Positions 17,369 through 28,688 of a DNA stretch of 41,923 nucleotides are shown here, one piece after another. The position numbers and the translations under genes are program-made. The stretch's first letter is position 1. Every line of letters begins with the position of its first letter. The notes under the pieces were generated by a model. It saw nothing but the letters and a program-made list of their open reading frames with translations. It was not told the origin of the DNA and made no database searches. The stretch comes from a virus (lineage: Duplodnaviria > Caudoviricetes): positions 1 to 41,923 of IMG/VR virus record IMGVR_UViG_3300046318_000548; one strand, written 5' to 3'.

Positions 17369-18435
17369 TGATATATTTTTTAACAGCATCCAAAGACGCA
17401 ACATTATATCTACAACAACCAAATCAAAATACTGGTTTGGATGAGATATTGGAGATAAGCAAAGTATTTTACGGAAATGTAAAGGATGTTACTCATGCTT
17501 TAATTAAATTTGAAGTTGGACAATTATCATCATCATTGGTAAATGGTGATATTGTATTAACGGATGCCAAACTCATTCTTAAAGAAACGGAAAGTGATGA
17601 GATACCATTAGAGTACACAATATATGCAAATGCATTATCTGGTAGTTGGGAAATGGGTAGAGGAAATCGTTTTGATGAAATAACAACTGCTGGTGTAACT
17701 TGGAATTATAGAGAGGGTGATAATAAAATTGATTGGTTAGAAAATAACTTTGCACCAAATACTACTGCAAGTGTAAATAATGGTGTTGGTGGTACTTGGT
17801 ACACAACACACGAGGCATCGCAAACATTTAGTTATCAAACTGCCGATATTGAAATGGATATTAAATCTATTTTACAAACTTGGTTAAGTGGTTCAATTCC
17901 AAATGATGGATTTATTTTAAGACACGATAGAGATAAGGAAACTGATACTGAAGATTATGGTCAAATAAAATTATTTAGTAAAGAAACTCATACTATTTAC
18001 CAACCAAAAATTAGAGTGGGTTGGGATGACCAAATATTTGTAACCGGTTCACTAACAGAATTAACTGCAGAAGAGATTAAAGTTAGTGTACCTAATTTGA
18101 AAAAAGAATACAAATTAAATAGTATTCCTAAATTAAAAGTGGTTGGTAGAGAATTATATCCATTAAAAACATTCTCTAATACTTTTGCCTATACTTCAGT
18201 TAAATATTTACCTGAAACTACATATTATCAAATAAAAGATTTACATTCAAATGATGTAATAATTCCTTTTTCAGAATATTCAAAAGTAAGTTGTGATTCA
18301 ACTGGTAACTATATAAAATTAAATCTTTCTAATTGGGAAGCTGATAGAAAATATAAAATAGAATTTAAGATTGACCAGGATGGTGCAATTCAGTATTTTG
18401 ATGATAATATTATTTTTAGTGTAATTAAAGATTAA
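17368..18435 (+). CDS. Baseplate/tail structural protein
   Basis: KDATLY...NTGLDEILEI, SW.MG.G, N.GFIL and FS.ETHTIY.P pattern; Ig-like C-terminus; directly follows the gp6-like gene. Confidence 0.6.
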   Translation: MIYFLTASKDATLYLQQPNQNTGLDEILEISKVFYGNVKDVTHALIKFEVGQLSSSLVNGDIVLTDAKLILKETESDEIPLEYTIYANALSGSWEMGRGNRFDEITTAGVTWNYREGDNKIDWLENNFAPNTTASVNNGVGGTWYTTHEASQTFSYQTADIEMDIKSILQTWLSGSIPNDGFILRHDRDKETDTEDYGQIKLFSKETHTIYQPKIRVGWDDQIFVTGSLTELTAEEIKVSVPNLKKEYKLNSIPKLKVVGRELYPLKTFSNTFAYTSVKYLPETTYYQIKDLHSNDVIIPFSEYSKVSCDSTGNYIKLNLSNWEADRKYKIEFKIDQDGAIQYFDDNIIFSVIKD

Positions 18436-18437
18436 CA

Positions 18438-19439
18438 ATGGCAATAAATACGGGTTTACGAAACCAACAAAAAATTAATGAGATACAAATTAGTGGTTCT
18501 TTGGCTATAAAGACAAAGAACGAATTTGGTGTCCATATATTTAGTGGTTCGGTTGCCGATGATGGTATTATTGCTGGTAAATTACAAAAACCAAAATACG
18601 ATATTTCCGAAATAAGAAAATCGGTAGATACTACAATTGTAGAGTTAATACCAATCAGACCGCCAGTTGGACCTGATACTGTATTACGAAGTATTTGGAA
18701 TGAGGCAACTAAATCAATCGAAGATTTAACAAAAGAAAACCAAAGATTAAATAGTGAAATTTTAGATTTAGAAGCAAAGGTTGGTGAGTTAGAAATTGCA
18801 TCTCAAAGTTTAAGAGTTGATTTAGATGCTAAAGATTTGTTATTGGCAGCAGCAGAAAATCAAGTTTATCAAGCAAACTCAAAAGTAGAATCTTCAATTG
18901 TTGAATTACAAAATGCAATTCAAAAAGCAACGGCGGAATCTATTCAGAGAGTTTCATTGTTTGCACGAAACCAATCATTGGAAGACCAGGTAAAACAATT
19001 AAACGAAACAATAAAAGGTTTAGAAGCTAAAAAAGCAGAAGGTGCAAAACAATTGGGTGATATTACATATAGAGTATTAAAAATAACAAACCCCGCATTT
19101 GCTCAATTAAGGGTTGAAGCAAATTACGATAATAATATTACCGGTTGGGTTAATGGTCCAGAAATTGAATTATATAATTCAACTGATACTGCAACAACTG
19201 TTACTTTTGATTTATTGGAAGGACCATCAAATAGAAATGATGAATTAATGCCACCATTAAACATAACAATACCTGCAAAAGAAACAAAAATATATACGGT
19301 TGGTTTTAATAAAGCTAAATTATCCGGTTTGCAACCAAATGCATTTTATCAGGGTTCAGTAGACCACAACAGAACATTTGTAATTAATTCGGCTGGAACA
19401 AAAACTAATTTAACATTTACTCTATTTAAGGACAGTTAA
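18438..19439 (+). CDS. Coiled-coil structural protein
   Basis: Central heptad region (about aa 85-200) followed by a beta-rich C-terminus. Confidence 0.55.
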   Translation: MAINTGLRNQQKINEIQISGSLAIKTKNEFGVHIFSGSVADDGIIAGKLQKPKYDISEIRKSVDTTIVELIPIRPPVGPDTVLRSIWNEATKSIEDLTKENQRLNSEILDLEAKVGELEIASQSLRVDLDAKDLLLAAAENQVYQANSKVESSIVELQNAIQKATAESIQRVSLFARNQSLEDQVKQLNETIKGLEAKKAEGAKQLGDITYRVLKITNPAFAQLRVEANYDNNITGWVNGPEIELYNSTDTATTVTFDLLEGPSNRNDELMPPLNITIPAKETKIYTVGFNKAKLSGLQPNAFYQGSVDHNRTFVINSAGTKTNLTFTLFKDS

Positions 19440-19442
19440 ACA

Positions 19443-20963
19443 ATGGCAATAAAAACATTTAAAGAGATAATTGATAACAATGGTTATCGTATAAACTCAA
19501 AAGATAGAGAAATTTTTGAGCAAGGAAACTTGCAATCATTTTTTGGTATATCTGATAATGATGCTATTGAGTTTGTTGTGTATGATGCAAATGATAATCA
19601 ATTACCACTTCGAAGTGGACTTGTTAGATATATAACACTAACAACCGAAAATATAAGAGATTATATTCTAATACCAGAGGGTACTGTATTTCAGCGTTAT
19701 CAATTTCCAAAAGAATATTTTGTTGATGTTGAGCGTATTCTTAAAGATGAGGGTTATAGAAGTGGTATATTTAGAACACAAGTAACTTTAGTAAACAAAA
19801 GAGTTGGTGGTGATGGTGCTGATAATAAATTGTGGATATCTGAAATATCACCATCTAGAACCGAAGTACGTTTATTTCCAATAAAAAAAGATGGTGTTGT
19901 ATTAGATGATTTACAAAAACGATATGATTTGTTTTATAGAGATGGTGTGTTTAGAGATGATACTATTACATTCGCTGTAAACTTTATAGATAAAATAAAA
20001 CCACAGGCTATAAGTACATTTATTAGAGGAAAATATTCGGAAAGATTTTTTAATAAGTTAAAAGCAGAATACAAAATACAGGACTTTGAAATATTTGCAA
20101 ATCAAATATATACTAAATTTGTTGAATCCTGTCTTTATGAATTTACAAATCGTCATTCACAAGTATTTGATATAAACTATGGTCAACCTCGTAAAACAAA
20201 ACCACCATTACAATTATCAAAAAATGATGTAGTTGAGATATGTAAAAGATTGTTAATGAATGCTATTAGTTTTCTTACAACTATACCAAACTCTAATTCC
20301 AAAACAACATTTGATACTGGTAACAACGATAGTTTTGATGAAGTTGGGTATGTGTTACAAAGATTAACATCTGATACTAGAGTTGATACATCTTCTCCAC
20401 AATTGGAAAGAAAGGAAATTATCAAACCAAAATCAACAAATGTAGATTTACAAATAGCAGCGAATATTAAAAAAGAAACCCCATCATCTCCTGCTGCATC
20501 TACACCAAATAATGATGCACCATATTCTGCACCAAAAGTATATGCGTATAGTTATGATATATCAAACTATGGTAGTGAAGCTAGAAGATTTACTTGGAGA
20601 AAAATTGGATTAAATGGTATTGATGAAATAACTCTAAATCCAAAAGAACAACGTACTATATGCGCAATTGAAGGTACTGTATCAGTTAGTGGTAACTATA
20701 CGTCAATTCTTAAAAAAGATGTATGTAATGAGCAAGAAGGTTCGGTAACAAACACAATAGCAACTATACCTAGCGTAACTGACCCTATTGTAGCAACTGG
20801 TAGTGACCCTATAAGAGGTTCTTTTGGAGGATATGTTCCTAATACTACACCACCACCAAATGACCCACCATCATCATATAGTGGAGGTGATAATATGAGA
20901 CGTGATTTGGGAGGAGTTACAAATGGTGAAGGGCTTGGATGGGATGGATATTTTGGAAGTTAA
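19443..20963 (+). CDS. Structural protein (baseplate-associated)
   Basis: D.IEFVVYDANDN and LWISEISPSRTEVRL motifs; Pro/Gly-rich tail; structural-operon context. Confidence 0.55.
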   Translation: MAIKTFKEIIDNNGYRINSKDREIFEQGNLQSFFGISDNDAIEFVVYDANDNQLPLRSGLVRYITLTTENIRDYILIPEGTVFQRYQFPKEYFVDVERILKDEGYRSGIFRTQVTLVNKRVGGDGADNKLWISEISPSRTEVRLFPIKKDGVVLDDLQKRYDLFYRDGVFRDDTITFAVNFIDKIKPQAISTFIRGKYSERFFNKLKAEYKIQDFEIFANQIYTKFVESCLYEFTNRHSQVFDINYGQPRKTKPPLQLSKNDVVEICKRLLMNAISFLTTIPNSNSKTTFDTGNNDSFDEVGYVLQRLTSDTRVDTSSPQLERKEIIKPKSTNVDLQIAANIKKETPSSPAASTPNNDAPYSAPKVYAYSYDISNYGSEARRFTWRKIGLNGIDEITLNPKEQRTICAIEGTVSVSGNYTSILKKDVCNEQEGSVTNTIATIPSVTDPIVATGSDPIRGSFGGYVPNTTPPPNDPPSSYSGGDNMRRDLGGVTNGEGLGWDGYFGS

Positions 20964-20970
20964 AAATAAT

Positions 20971-20979
20971 ATATTTATA
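20971..20979 (+). promoter_or_regulatory. Candidate phage late promoter ATATTTATA
   Basis: Recurrent motif 23 nt before ATG 21003. Confidence 0.6.
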
Positions 20980-21002
20980 GAATAATAACAAATAATAATT
21001 AA

Positions 21003-24000
21003 ATGCCAATAGCACCAGAAATAGACCCAAATTCAGACGCAATATTAAGACAACCCGGTGGTGGTAGTGGAGGCACTGGCGCTAATGGGGGTACTATTGT
21101 AGTAAATGAAGTAGCAGGTAGAGATGGAAGATTACCTGGTGATAACACATTCCTCACATTAAATAATGGTGGTCGTATAGATACAACTGCCCCTGCTGGT
21201 ACAACTGAATCTGATGTTAGTTATGAATTTAAGATTACATCAAATGTAGCTGGTGCGTCTATAATGATTGATGGTGAAAATTCATATAGAACAACCAACG
21301 ATACATTATATTTTAAGTTAAGTGAAATATTAAACACAAGTGGAAAAACCATTACATTAATAAAGAATGGTTACAAATCTCCACAAAAATATGATATTCA
21401 GGTCTTTGAAAATCCAAAATACACTGGTAGTGATATTGCTAGAAACGATAAACAAAGTGGATATGCTTATACATCAACTACACCATATGTTTTAATTGTA
21501 AGAAAGCTTGAAGATGGGAGTAGAAAACCATATACTAATTCAAATACTTTAACTAGAGAATTATCATTTGAATTAAAAAGAGATACTAGCGTACCAATTG
21601 AAGCAGATACTAGCGATACGTTTGTAATTAGTTTAGATGGACCAAATAATTCCGTAACCATTATTAAAGATGGTGCTGAGAAAATACCATTACAAAGGGG
21701 ATTAAACCAAATAATTGCTAATTTGGGAAGTAAATTTAGTATAGCATCAAGTGATACTAATTTATATCGTGTATCCGAAATTAATATTGCTTCAAATAAA
21801 GAAAATAAATCCGTAAAGGCAAAGGATATAAGTGAAAGTATAGGTACTACATTTACATTAGATAGTAGATATAGTGCAACAATAAAATCAGAAAATTTTG
21901 CACCACAATCATTAAACTTACCGGGAATTGGATTAACAACCGGTGAGGTATTAAGAACATATAATATAAATGCCGAAAGTGGTATTGCAGTTGGTATTAA
22001 AAAATATGGTGAAGTTAATACTATTAATGTTTATGTAAACAACGAAAGATTCCCATATAGTGATTTAGGACCAACATCCGAATATACATTATTAATACCA
22101 GATAGAGCATTTCCTAGAGTTGGGCAATATAGAGTTCGAATGATTCCTCGTAATGGGGATGGTGATGGAGAACCAATTGAAATCACTGTAAACGCAATTC
22201 AGGATGATTATGTGGGTGTGCCGGATTTACGAAATATTTCATATCCATCATTATTAAGAGGGCCAGATTATGTTGGTACTGATGTAGATTTTACAATTAG
22301 TTATACATCAGTTAATACGGATTATGTTAAAATCTATAAAAAAGGTTCACCATCATTTATTAGAGGAACAAAGGCAGGTGTAGTTAGGTTAAATGTTGCA
22401 ACTATCTTAAATTTAGATGGAACTCAATTAAAAGAAGATGATGATAAAATCTACATTGATTTAGAGTTAGAACCATATAATACTAGTGGTAGAGAAGTTG
22501 TAGTTGGTAAAAGAGAATCTATACAAATTCTTTTTGATAAGGGTGATTTAGAAATACCTAGACCAGTGGCAATGAATCGTATTGCCGAAGGTTTCCTTGC
22601 ACAATTTGATGATACTATTTTTGAACAAGAAACTTCAAAATATTTAACTCACTTATTACATTTTGGTGATGGTGATAATAAAGTAATTACAACTTGGGTT
22701 GGTAGTGAAGATTCGTTAATATTAAAATTATACGAACCATTATCTACTGCCGTTCAAACAAATCAACAAGTTTGGATTTCTAAATTACAATCAAATCCAA
22801 TAATTGAAACCATTACATTAAGTAGTGCAGTTGAAGAATATTGTCCACCATTAAAAGGACCAAATTTTTCATTGGTTGCTGATAATGGAACTGGGTATAA
22901 AGTGTTTGATGAATTAATAGCAAGTGGTTCTCAAACATCTACTGATATAGTAAACAAATATATCGAAGGTACAGGAATCGATACTTCTAAATTAAATATA
23001 CAATATGTAAGTGGTTCGGAGTATGTATTTACAAATTTTGTAAATTTTGGTTCTGCAGAAGAAAGAATTAAAAACTTCTTCTATAAAGTAGAATTACTAG
23101 AAACGTATAAAGATAAATATAATAAATTAACTGCTGCTAGTTTTGATGCAGGTGCATTATTAACTACTGAAGGTTTCCAAACACAAACTGAAGATTTATT
23201 TGATATAAATTATGAAGTACAAGTATTCAGAGGCCAAAGTGAGGCAATTGAAGCTAAAAAAATATTTGATACTATAAATGGTATAATTAGAGGATTTGAC
23301 GGATATGAAAAGTTCTTATATACATCATTGGATGATTTGGCATTTCCAAAAGAAGTATATTCAAATCCAATAACAGGTTTGGCAACCTATGTATTAAAAT
23401 CGGTAAATGAAAGTGAAGTTGTTGCTTGGTATGAATATTTACTTAACCAATCTGCATTATTTGATAAAGATAACTTAAATTATTTAGCAAATAATCTACC
23501 AGAACATATTATAGAAGATTACAATAATGCCGAATTCATAACATTTTTGGATATGATTGGTCAACACTTTGATATAATATGGGCATATATCAATGGTTTG
23601 ACTAAATTAAAAGTATTAGAAGAAAAACAAACAAATGGATTTGCAAACAATATGGTTTACAACCTATTGGAATCTATGGGTTGGGAAGGTAAACGTGCAT
23701 TTAACTCACAATTCCTTTGGGAGTACGCTTTTGGAACTTATCAAAATGGAGTTCAAAAGTATGGCATGCCATTAGAGGAAGCCAATAATCAAGTTTGGAG
23801 AAGAATCTTAAACAACTTACCATATCTATTAAAACATAAAGGTACTGGTAGAGCAATGAAGGCAGTTATGTCTTGCTATGGTGTTCCACAATCAATGTTA
23901 AGTATATTTGAATTTGGAGGACCGCAAGACCCAACAAAAGAAGGAAGTACTAAATTTACATTTGATGATAGAACAGCTGCTATACATTTGGAAGAAGATT

Positions 24001-26078
24001 CTACAATTATAGTTCCGTGGAGTAATGTACCATATACATCAACAAAACCACAATCAATTGAGGTTAGAATAAAGCCGGATGTTGTAAGAGATACTACTAT
24101 TATTTCAGGTAGTGATTTCAAATTGGATATACTCCATACAACGGGTTCTTTTGCTAAACTACAATTCAATTTAGGAAATAGTGTATCTTCACCATATTTC
24201 GCAACAAGTGGAGTTGGTACACCATATATTACATCATCAATAACATATGTATTAGGACCTGATACGATAACAAGTAGTGGAGATTTCCCATTATCAACTG
24301 AATATTATAGTAATTTATTAATTAACAAATATAGTTTAGGTGGTGATGGTGCTTTATATGAAGTATTGTTAAAGACATCGGATGGTAATAGAATTATTAC
24401 AAATGTAAGTATGTCACTACAATCATCGGTATCTCCGTGGTTGAGTGGTTCTGATTTGAAAATTGGTAATAACTTTACGGGTGATTTAGATGAGTTTAGA
24501 TTGTGGAGTGTTCCATTACAACCATCTAAATTTGAAAATCATACATTACACCCAGATGCAATAAATGGTAACTCATATACTGCATCAACTGCAGATTTAA
24601 TGTTCCGTTTGGATTTTGAATATCCAAAGAATAGAATATTAGACCCATACATTAAGAATGTTGCCTTAAACACAACTTATGATGGTGTAGGTTCATATGC
24701 TACTGCTAGTGGTATGTATTCTGCTTCTTCTTATCCATACCAATACACTCCATACGATAGAACAGTTACTGCAACTGTCCCATCATTAGGATTCAACTAC
24801 TCTAATAAGATTCGTTTTGAGGAGCAAGAAATGATTGGTGATTTATCTTACAAAGCTAGAGCAACCAAAAAATCATTTGATAGAGCACCAATTGATTCAA
24901 ATAGATTAGGTATATTCTTATCTCCAATTAAGGAGTTAAATATGGATATTGTAAAAGCGTTTGGTGATTTTAATATTGATAACTATATTGGAGACCCATC
25001 GGATGAATACAAAGAAAACTATACTGAATTAGCTAATTTAAGAACATACTACTTCGAAAGATTAAATAGAAACATTTACGAGTATATTCAGTTAGTGAGA
25101 TATATTGATAAATCATTATTTGATGTATTAGGAGATTTAGCGCCAGCTAGAGCAAATGTATCTAAAGGTTTATTAATTGAACCACACTATTTAGAAAGAA
25201 GTAAAACTCGTTGGAGTAAACCTGAATCGGAGAAAAATGATTACGATAGTTTAATAGATATAAACGATAATAATAAAGTAGAATCTACCTATGATGTAAA
25301 AGATGCATCATTATTGGCAATAGAGGATGTTTTGTTGGATGTTAATTTACCTAGCTATGAAACTATTGTTGATACTGCTGATACATATTTGTTGGAAGGT
25401 ACAAACCCAACATATGATTCTCAAATCGATACAATTGAAACATATGTATTAGAACCATCATATCCAACATATCCACAAACTGGCTCAATAAACATTGATT
25501 GTAATTTAGGTTCAAACATTAGTGCACAAGTTGATTCGTTCTCATCTGAATATATTGGATTAGACCCAAACTCAATTGCTAATGCCGGATTTGGATTGTA
25601 TGCACAACGTGGGGTTGGTATGGTAAGAAAGTTTGATGGGTTGTATGATAGAAACGAATTGACTGGTAGTAGAAAAAATATTTATTTAGTTAAAGAACAA
25701 TATAAGACAGTAGTTTCTACACAAGTTGCAGGATACCCAACAAATGGTGCTTTAGCGGGGGAGCAAGTATTGTACGCAGATATTGATAAGATAAATTATA
25801 GATATAAGGTTACTACATTACCATTTAGTGGTAGTGTTTCTATTGGAAACGATATTGTTGATGTAACTACACTTGATGGTTATTTCCCAACACACTATAA
25901 GTTTGTAAATAATTTATCAGAAGGATTGCAACGTTCATATTGGAAAGGTTCAACACAAACATCTGGCTCTACGCCCGATGGTTTAGATGCAGTTGAAATC
26001 TTTACTACTAATCCTAATATTCTACGTGTTGCTAAGACTGGTAGAGGCAGTGGTGAACCAATACTTATCGTGGAGTAA
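21003..26078 (+). CDS. Large baseplate wedge protein (gp7/P2-I-like core) with PEGA-like and LamG-like domains
   Basis: ITSNVAGASIMIDG (PEGA-like); FLDMIGQHFD.IW.YI and WRRILNNLPYLLKHKGT..A...VMSCYG (wedge core); FTGDLDEFRLW (LamG-like). Confidence 0.65.
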   Translation: MPIAPEIDPNSDAILRQPGGGSGGTGANGGTIVVNEVAGRDGRLPGDNTFLTLNNGGRIDTTAPAGTTESDVSYEFKITSNVAGASIMIDGENSYRTTNDTLYFKLSEILNTSGKTITLIKNGYKSPQKYDIQVFENPKYTGSDIARNDKQSGYAYTSTTPYVLIVRKLEDGSRKPYTNSNTLTRELSFELKRDTSVPIEADTSDTFVISLDGPNNSVTIIKDGAEKIPLQRGLNQIIANLGSKFSIASSDTNLYRVSEINIASNKENKSVKAKDISESIGTTFTLDSRYSATIKSENFAPQSLNLPGIGLTTGEVLRTYNINAESGIAVGIKKYGEVNTINVYVNNERFPYSDLGPTSEYTLLIPDRAFPRVGQYRVRMIPRNGDGDGEPIEITVNAIQDDYVGVPDLRNISYPSLLRGPDYVGTDVDFTISYTSVNTDYVKIYKKGSPSFIRGTKAGVVRLNVATILNLDGTQLKEDDDKIYIDLELEPYNTSGREVVVGKRESIQILFDKGDLEIPRPVAMNRIAEGFLAQFDDTIFEQETSKYLTHLLHFGDGDNKVITTWVGSEDSLILKLYEPLSTAVQTNQQVWISKLQSNPIIETITLSSAVEEYCPPLKGPNFSLVADNGTGYKVFDELIASGSQTSTDIVNKYIEGTGIDTSKLNIQYVSGSEYVFTNFVNFGSAEERIKNFFYKVELLETYKDKYNKLTAASFDAGALLTTEGFQTQTEDLFDINYEVQVFRGQSEAIEAKKIFDTINGIIRGFDGYEKFLYTSLDDLAFPKEVYSNPITGLATYVLKSVNESEVVAWYEYLLNQSALFDKDNLNYLANNLPEHIIEDYNNAEFITFLDMIGQHFDIIWAYINGLTKLKVLEEKQTNGFANNMVYNLLESMGWEGKRAFNSQFLWEYAFGTYQNGVQKYGMPLEEANNQVWRRILNNLPYLLKHKGTGRAMKAVMSCYGVPQSMLSIFEFGGPQDPTKEGSTKFTFDDRTAAIHLEEDSTIIVPWSNVPYTSTKPQSIEVRIKPDVVRDTTIISGSDFKLDILHTTGSFAKLQFNLGNSVSSPYFATSGVGTPYITSSITYVLGPDTITSSGDFPLSTEYYSNLLINKYSLGGDGALYEVLLKTSDGNRIITNVSMSLQSSVSPWLSGSDLKIGNNFTGDLDEFRLWSVPLQPSKFENHTLHPDAINGNSYTASTADLMFRLDFEYPKNRILDPYIKNVALNTTYDGVGSYATASGMYSASSYPYQYTPYDRTVTATVPSLGFNYSNKIRFEEQEMIGDLSYKARATKKSFDRAPIDSNRLGIFLSPIKELNMDIVKAFGDFNIDNYIGDPSDEYKENYTELANLRTYYFERLNRNIYEYIQLVRYIDKSLFDVLGDLAPARANVSKGLLIEPHYLERSKTRWSKPESEKNDYDSLIDINDNNKVESTYDVKDASLLAIEDVLLDVNLPSYETIVDTADTYLLEGTNPTYDSQIDTIETYVLEPSYPTYPQTGSINIDCNLGSNISAQVDSFSSEYIGLDPNSIANAGFGLYAQRGVGMVRKFDGLYDRNELTGSRKNIYLVKEQYKTVVSTQVAGYPTNGALAGEQVLYADIDKINYRYKVTTLPFSGSVSIGNDIVDVTTLDGYFPTHYKFVNNLSEGLQRSYWKGSTQTSGSTPDGLDAVEIFTTNPNILRVAKTGRGSGEPILIVE

Positions 26079-26098
26079 ATTGAAAATAAAAATAAGTT

Positions 26099-26107
26099 AT
26101 ATTTATA
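26099..26107 (+). promoter_or_regulatory. Candidate phage late promoter ATATTTATA
   Basis: Recurrent motif, unusually only 3 nt before ATG 26111. Confidence 0.5.
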
Positions 26108-26110
26108 TGT

Positions 26111-26686
26111 ATGATGTATATCTTTACATATCAAACCAAAAACCTAATAAATGATAAAACTTATATTGGGGTTCATTCTACTAATAATTTGAATGATGGT
26201 TATATGGGTAGTGGTATTAATATAGCAAGAGCAATTAAAAAATATGGTAAAGAAAATTTTATTATGATACCATTAAGTTTTTTTGATACCATTGATGAAG
26301 CATATGCGGAAGAAAAATATTTAGTTAATAGCGAATGGATATCCAAAACTAATAATTACAATATAACTGAAGGTGGGAATGGTGGTTGGTTTTATGTAAA
26401 TATGACTGGAAAAAACAATCATAACTTAGGAAAAACCTTTTCTTCCGAACACAAACAAAAAATGCGTTTAGCTAAATTAGGTAAAAGCCAAACAAAAGAA
26501 CATCGTAAAAATTTACAAAACTCTTTACAAAAAACAAATTGGGGTGGTGAAAAAACAAATAAATGGAAAGATGCACATAGAGAATTTATGTTAAATCAAC
26601 CAAAGATTAAATGTCCTTATTGTGAAAAAATTGGAACAAAAGGACCTATGATACAACACCATTTTGATAATTGTAAAAACAAATAA
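26111..26686 (+). mobile_element. Free-standing GIY-YIG homing endonuclease (Seg-like, NUMOD3-like repeats, C-terminal CPYC)
   Basis: FTYQTKNLINDKTYIGVH...GYMGSG..I..AIKKYG.ENF, YNITEGG.GG, GKTFSSEHKQKM, GKSQTKEHRK, CPYC...HHFDNCK; inserted in a structural operon. Confidence 0.85.
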
Positions 26687-26713
26687 TTATAGTATATAAA
26701 GAAAAACATTATT

Positions 26714-27346
26714 ATGGCATACTTGGATAACACCGAAATAACAGTAGATGCAATTTTAACCAAAAAAGGTAGACAAAAATTAGCATCGGGTCAATCTCTA
26801 AACATCTCAAAGTTCGCTTTAGCAGATGATGAAATTGATTACACATTATATGAGCCCGCACACCCAAAAGGTTCGGCATACTATGATTCTGCTATCAGAG
26901 CAATTCCGGTAACGGAAGCATCTCCTGATGAGACTCAAGTATTAAGATACAAATTAGTTACTCTTCCAAAAGGAACAACTCAAATCCCAACGGTTAAGTT
27001 TGGTATAACATCAATCACTGCAAATCAAACTGAAGGTGGTGTTGGTTTAACTCCAACAACTTCTCCTGCAGGTGGAAACTCAACTGGTGGATATACGGTT
27101 GTATTAGCAGACCAAAGAGCTGGTACGGTCGTAGTAACAATGGGTTCATCTGGAGCAGGAACTATTCCAGTGTTCTTAGGTGATGAAATCACAACTACTG
27201 CACAAGTAGTAAGTGGTATGGAATTTAGATTTACACCAAATCCTAACTTAACTATCGATATTGCAACAACATTGACAGTTTATGGTAATGAGACAGGGGG
27301 TTCTGAAACAATTCCAGTAAACATAACATACAAACAAACAGTATAA
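26714..27346 (+). CDS. Baseplate/tail-collar-type structural protein
   Basis: VDAILTKKGRQKLA...ISKFALADDEIDY resembles the N-terminus of tail-collar/gp8-like proteins. Confidence 0.6.
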   Translation: MAYLDNTEITVDAILTKKGRQKLASGQSLNISKFALADDEIDYTLYEPAHPKGSAYYDSAIRAIPVTEASPDETQVLRYKLVTLPKGTTQIPTVKFGITSITANQTEGGVGLTPTTSPAGGNSTGGYTVVLADQRAGTVVVTMGSSGAGTIPVFLGDEITTTAQVVSGMEFRFTPNPNLTIDIATTLTVYGNETGGSETIPVNITYKQTV

Positions 27347-27359
27347 TAGTAGATAAGAC

Positions 27360-28604
27360 ATGGCACTAATAAATGACCCTAATATAACCAGACAAATTAG
27401 AGATTTGGCGGGAACTGGTACACTGGATACTACTCAAATTGTAAACTTATTAAACTCCGTATTGCCAGCTGGACAACAAGTATCAGATGGTTTTGGAGTT
27501 ACAACCGGAGTATATAAAAGATTTGGTGAATTTGATAAAGTAAATGCAAAGATAGAAGTAGTAACAACTGGATTATGGAGCGGAGATTCTGGTTCATTAA
27601 ATTTAATTTATTCATCATCAACACAAACTGCACAAACTAGCGGACAATATTATTACAATGTATATGATAAAAATCCACAAGCAGATTCATCTGCAGAAGT
27701 TCAATTTGCAGTAGCATATGGACACGTTAATGGTAGTGGTTCAATCACATTAGCAAATGATGATAATTCATTGTTGGCATCAAAAGCAACTTATGCACAA
27801 TATCGTTCAATGTTGTTAGACCCAACTGATACTAAATTCTCATTTGTAAATAGTGCAGGTGTTGCAACTGATTCAAATGATGTATATATTATCAATTTAA
27901 GTAGAAGTAGATATAGAGAAAAAATGGATGCAGGTAACTGGTCATTATCTTTATCTGGTTCTAATGGAATGTTTACATTCATTGATAATAGTGGAAAGAA
28001 ATTTAGCGATGAAAATGGTTTAAGTGGTAGAGTATTCAAAGTAGTTTCAGGTTCATTAAATTTAGGAACTGAAAACGAAGCAACTGTAAATACTGTAACT
28101 GATGTAACATCTGGTGAAGGATTTGGTTTATTCTACCCAGATAGAGGTATCATTGTATTAAATCCAAAAGCATTAGGAAATACAATTGGAAACGTTTATG
28201 ATGACAATTGGAATTTGGTTGGAAATTTAAGTGGTAGTTTGAATACTGCGGCTGAACAATACAATCATAAAAGATTATATCACGCTATTAGAACAGGTGG
28301 AAAAGTTTCTACTGGTTTTGCTGGACAATATGGATTTGAAGCTAGAAGAACTGAAAATGTATCAACACAACATTTCTTTGTAAGAGCAACAAATAGAGAG
28401 TTTAACTATTCTAACAATCCAACGTATGTAAATGCAGATGGAACGTTTGTTGAAACTACATTCAAAACTGACCCATATACTTACATCACAACAGTAGGTT
28501 TATTAAGTGATGCAAATGAGGTATTAGCAATTGCTAAAACATCTCAACCAATTGCAAAATCATTTGATAAGGAAGTTTTAATTAAAGTTAAATTATCATT
28601 CTAA
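27360..28604 (+). CDS. Tail structural protein (collar-like C-terminus)
   Basis: G.FYP..GIIVL, EFNYSNNPT and YITTVGL....EVLAIAK.SQPI.K...LIKVKLSF; paralogous to 28689-29657. Confidence 0.6.
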   Translation: MALINDPNITRQIRDLAGTGTLDTTQIVNLLNSVLPAGQQVSDGFGVTTGVYKRFGEFDKVNAKIEVVTTGLWSGDSGSLNLIYSSSTQTAQTSGQYYYNVYDKNPQADSSAEVQFAVAYGHVNGSGSITLANDDNSLLASKATYAQYRSMLLDPTDTKFSFVNSAGVATDSNDVYIINLSRSRYREKMDAGNWSLSLSGSNGMFTFIDNSGKKFSDENGLSGRVFKVVSGSLNLGTENEATVNTVTDVTSGEGFGLFYPDRGIIVLNPKALGNTIGNVYDDNWNLVGNLSGSLNTAAEQYNHKRLYHAIRTGGKVSTGFAGQYGFEARRTENVSTQHFFVRATNREFNYSNNPTYVNADGTFVETTFKTDPYTYITTVGLLSDANEVLAIAKTSQPIAKSFDKEVLIKVKLSF

Positions 28605-28627
28605 TTAGAATGAACGTATAGAATGAG

Positions 28628-28658
28628 AACCCCCAATTCGTTGGGGGTTTTTCGTTTT
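28628..28658 (+). terminator. Rho-independent terminator
   Basis: Perfect stem AACCCCCAA-TTCG-TTGGGGGTT followed by TTTCGTTTT. Confidence 0.9.
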
Positions 28659-28662
28659 ATTC

Positions 28663-28671
28663 ATATTTATA
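28663..28671 (+). promoter_or_regulatory. Candidate phage late promoter ATATTTATA
   Basis: Immediately after the terminator, 17 nt before ATG 28689. Confidence 0.65.
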
Positions 28672-28688
28672 TAAAAGTAATCAATTAG

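Noticed and set aside
26111-26686. Group I intron or intein hosting the endonuclease
   Set aside because: Flanking genes end and start cleanly, with only about 30 nt either side, leaving no room for a ribozyme core.
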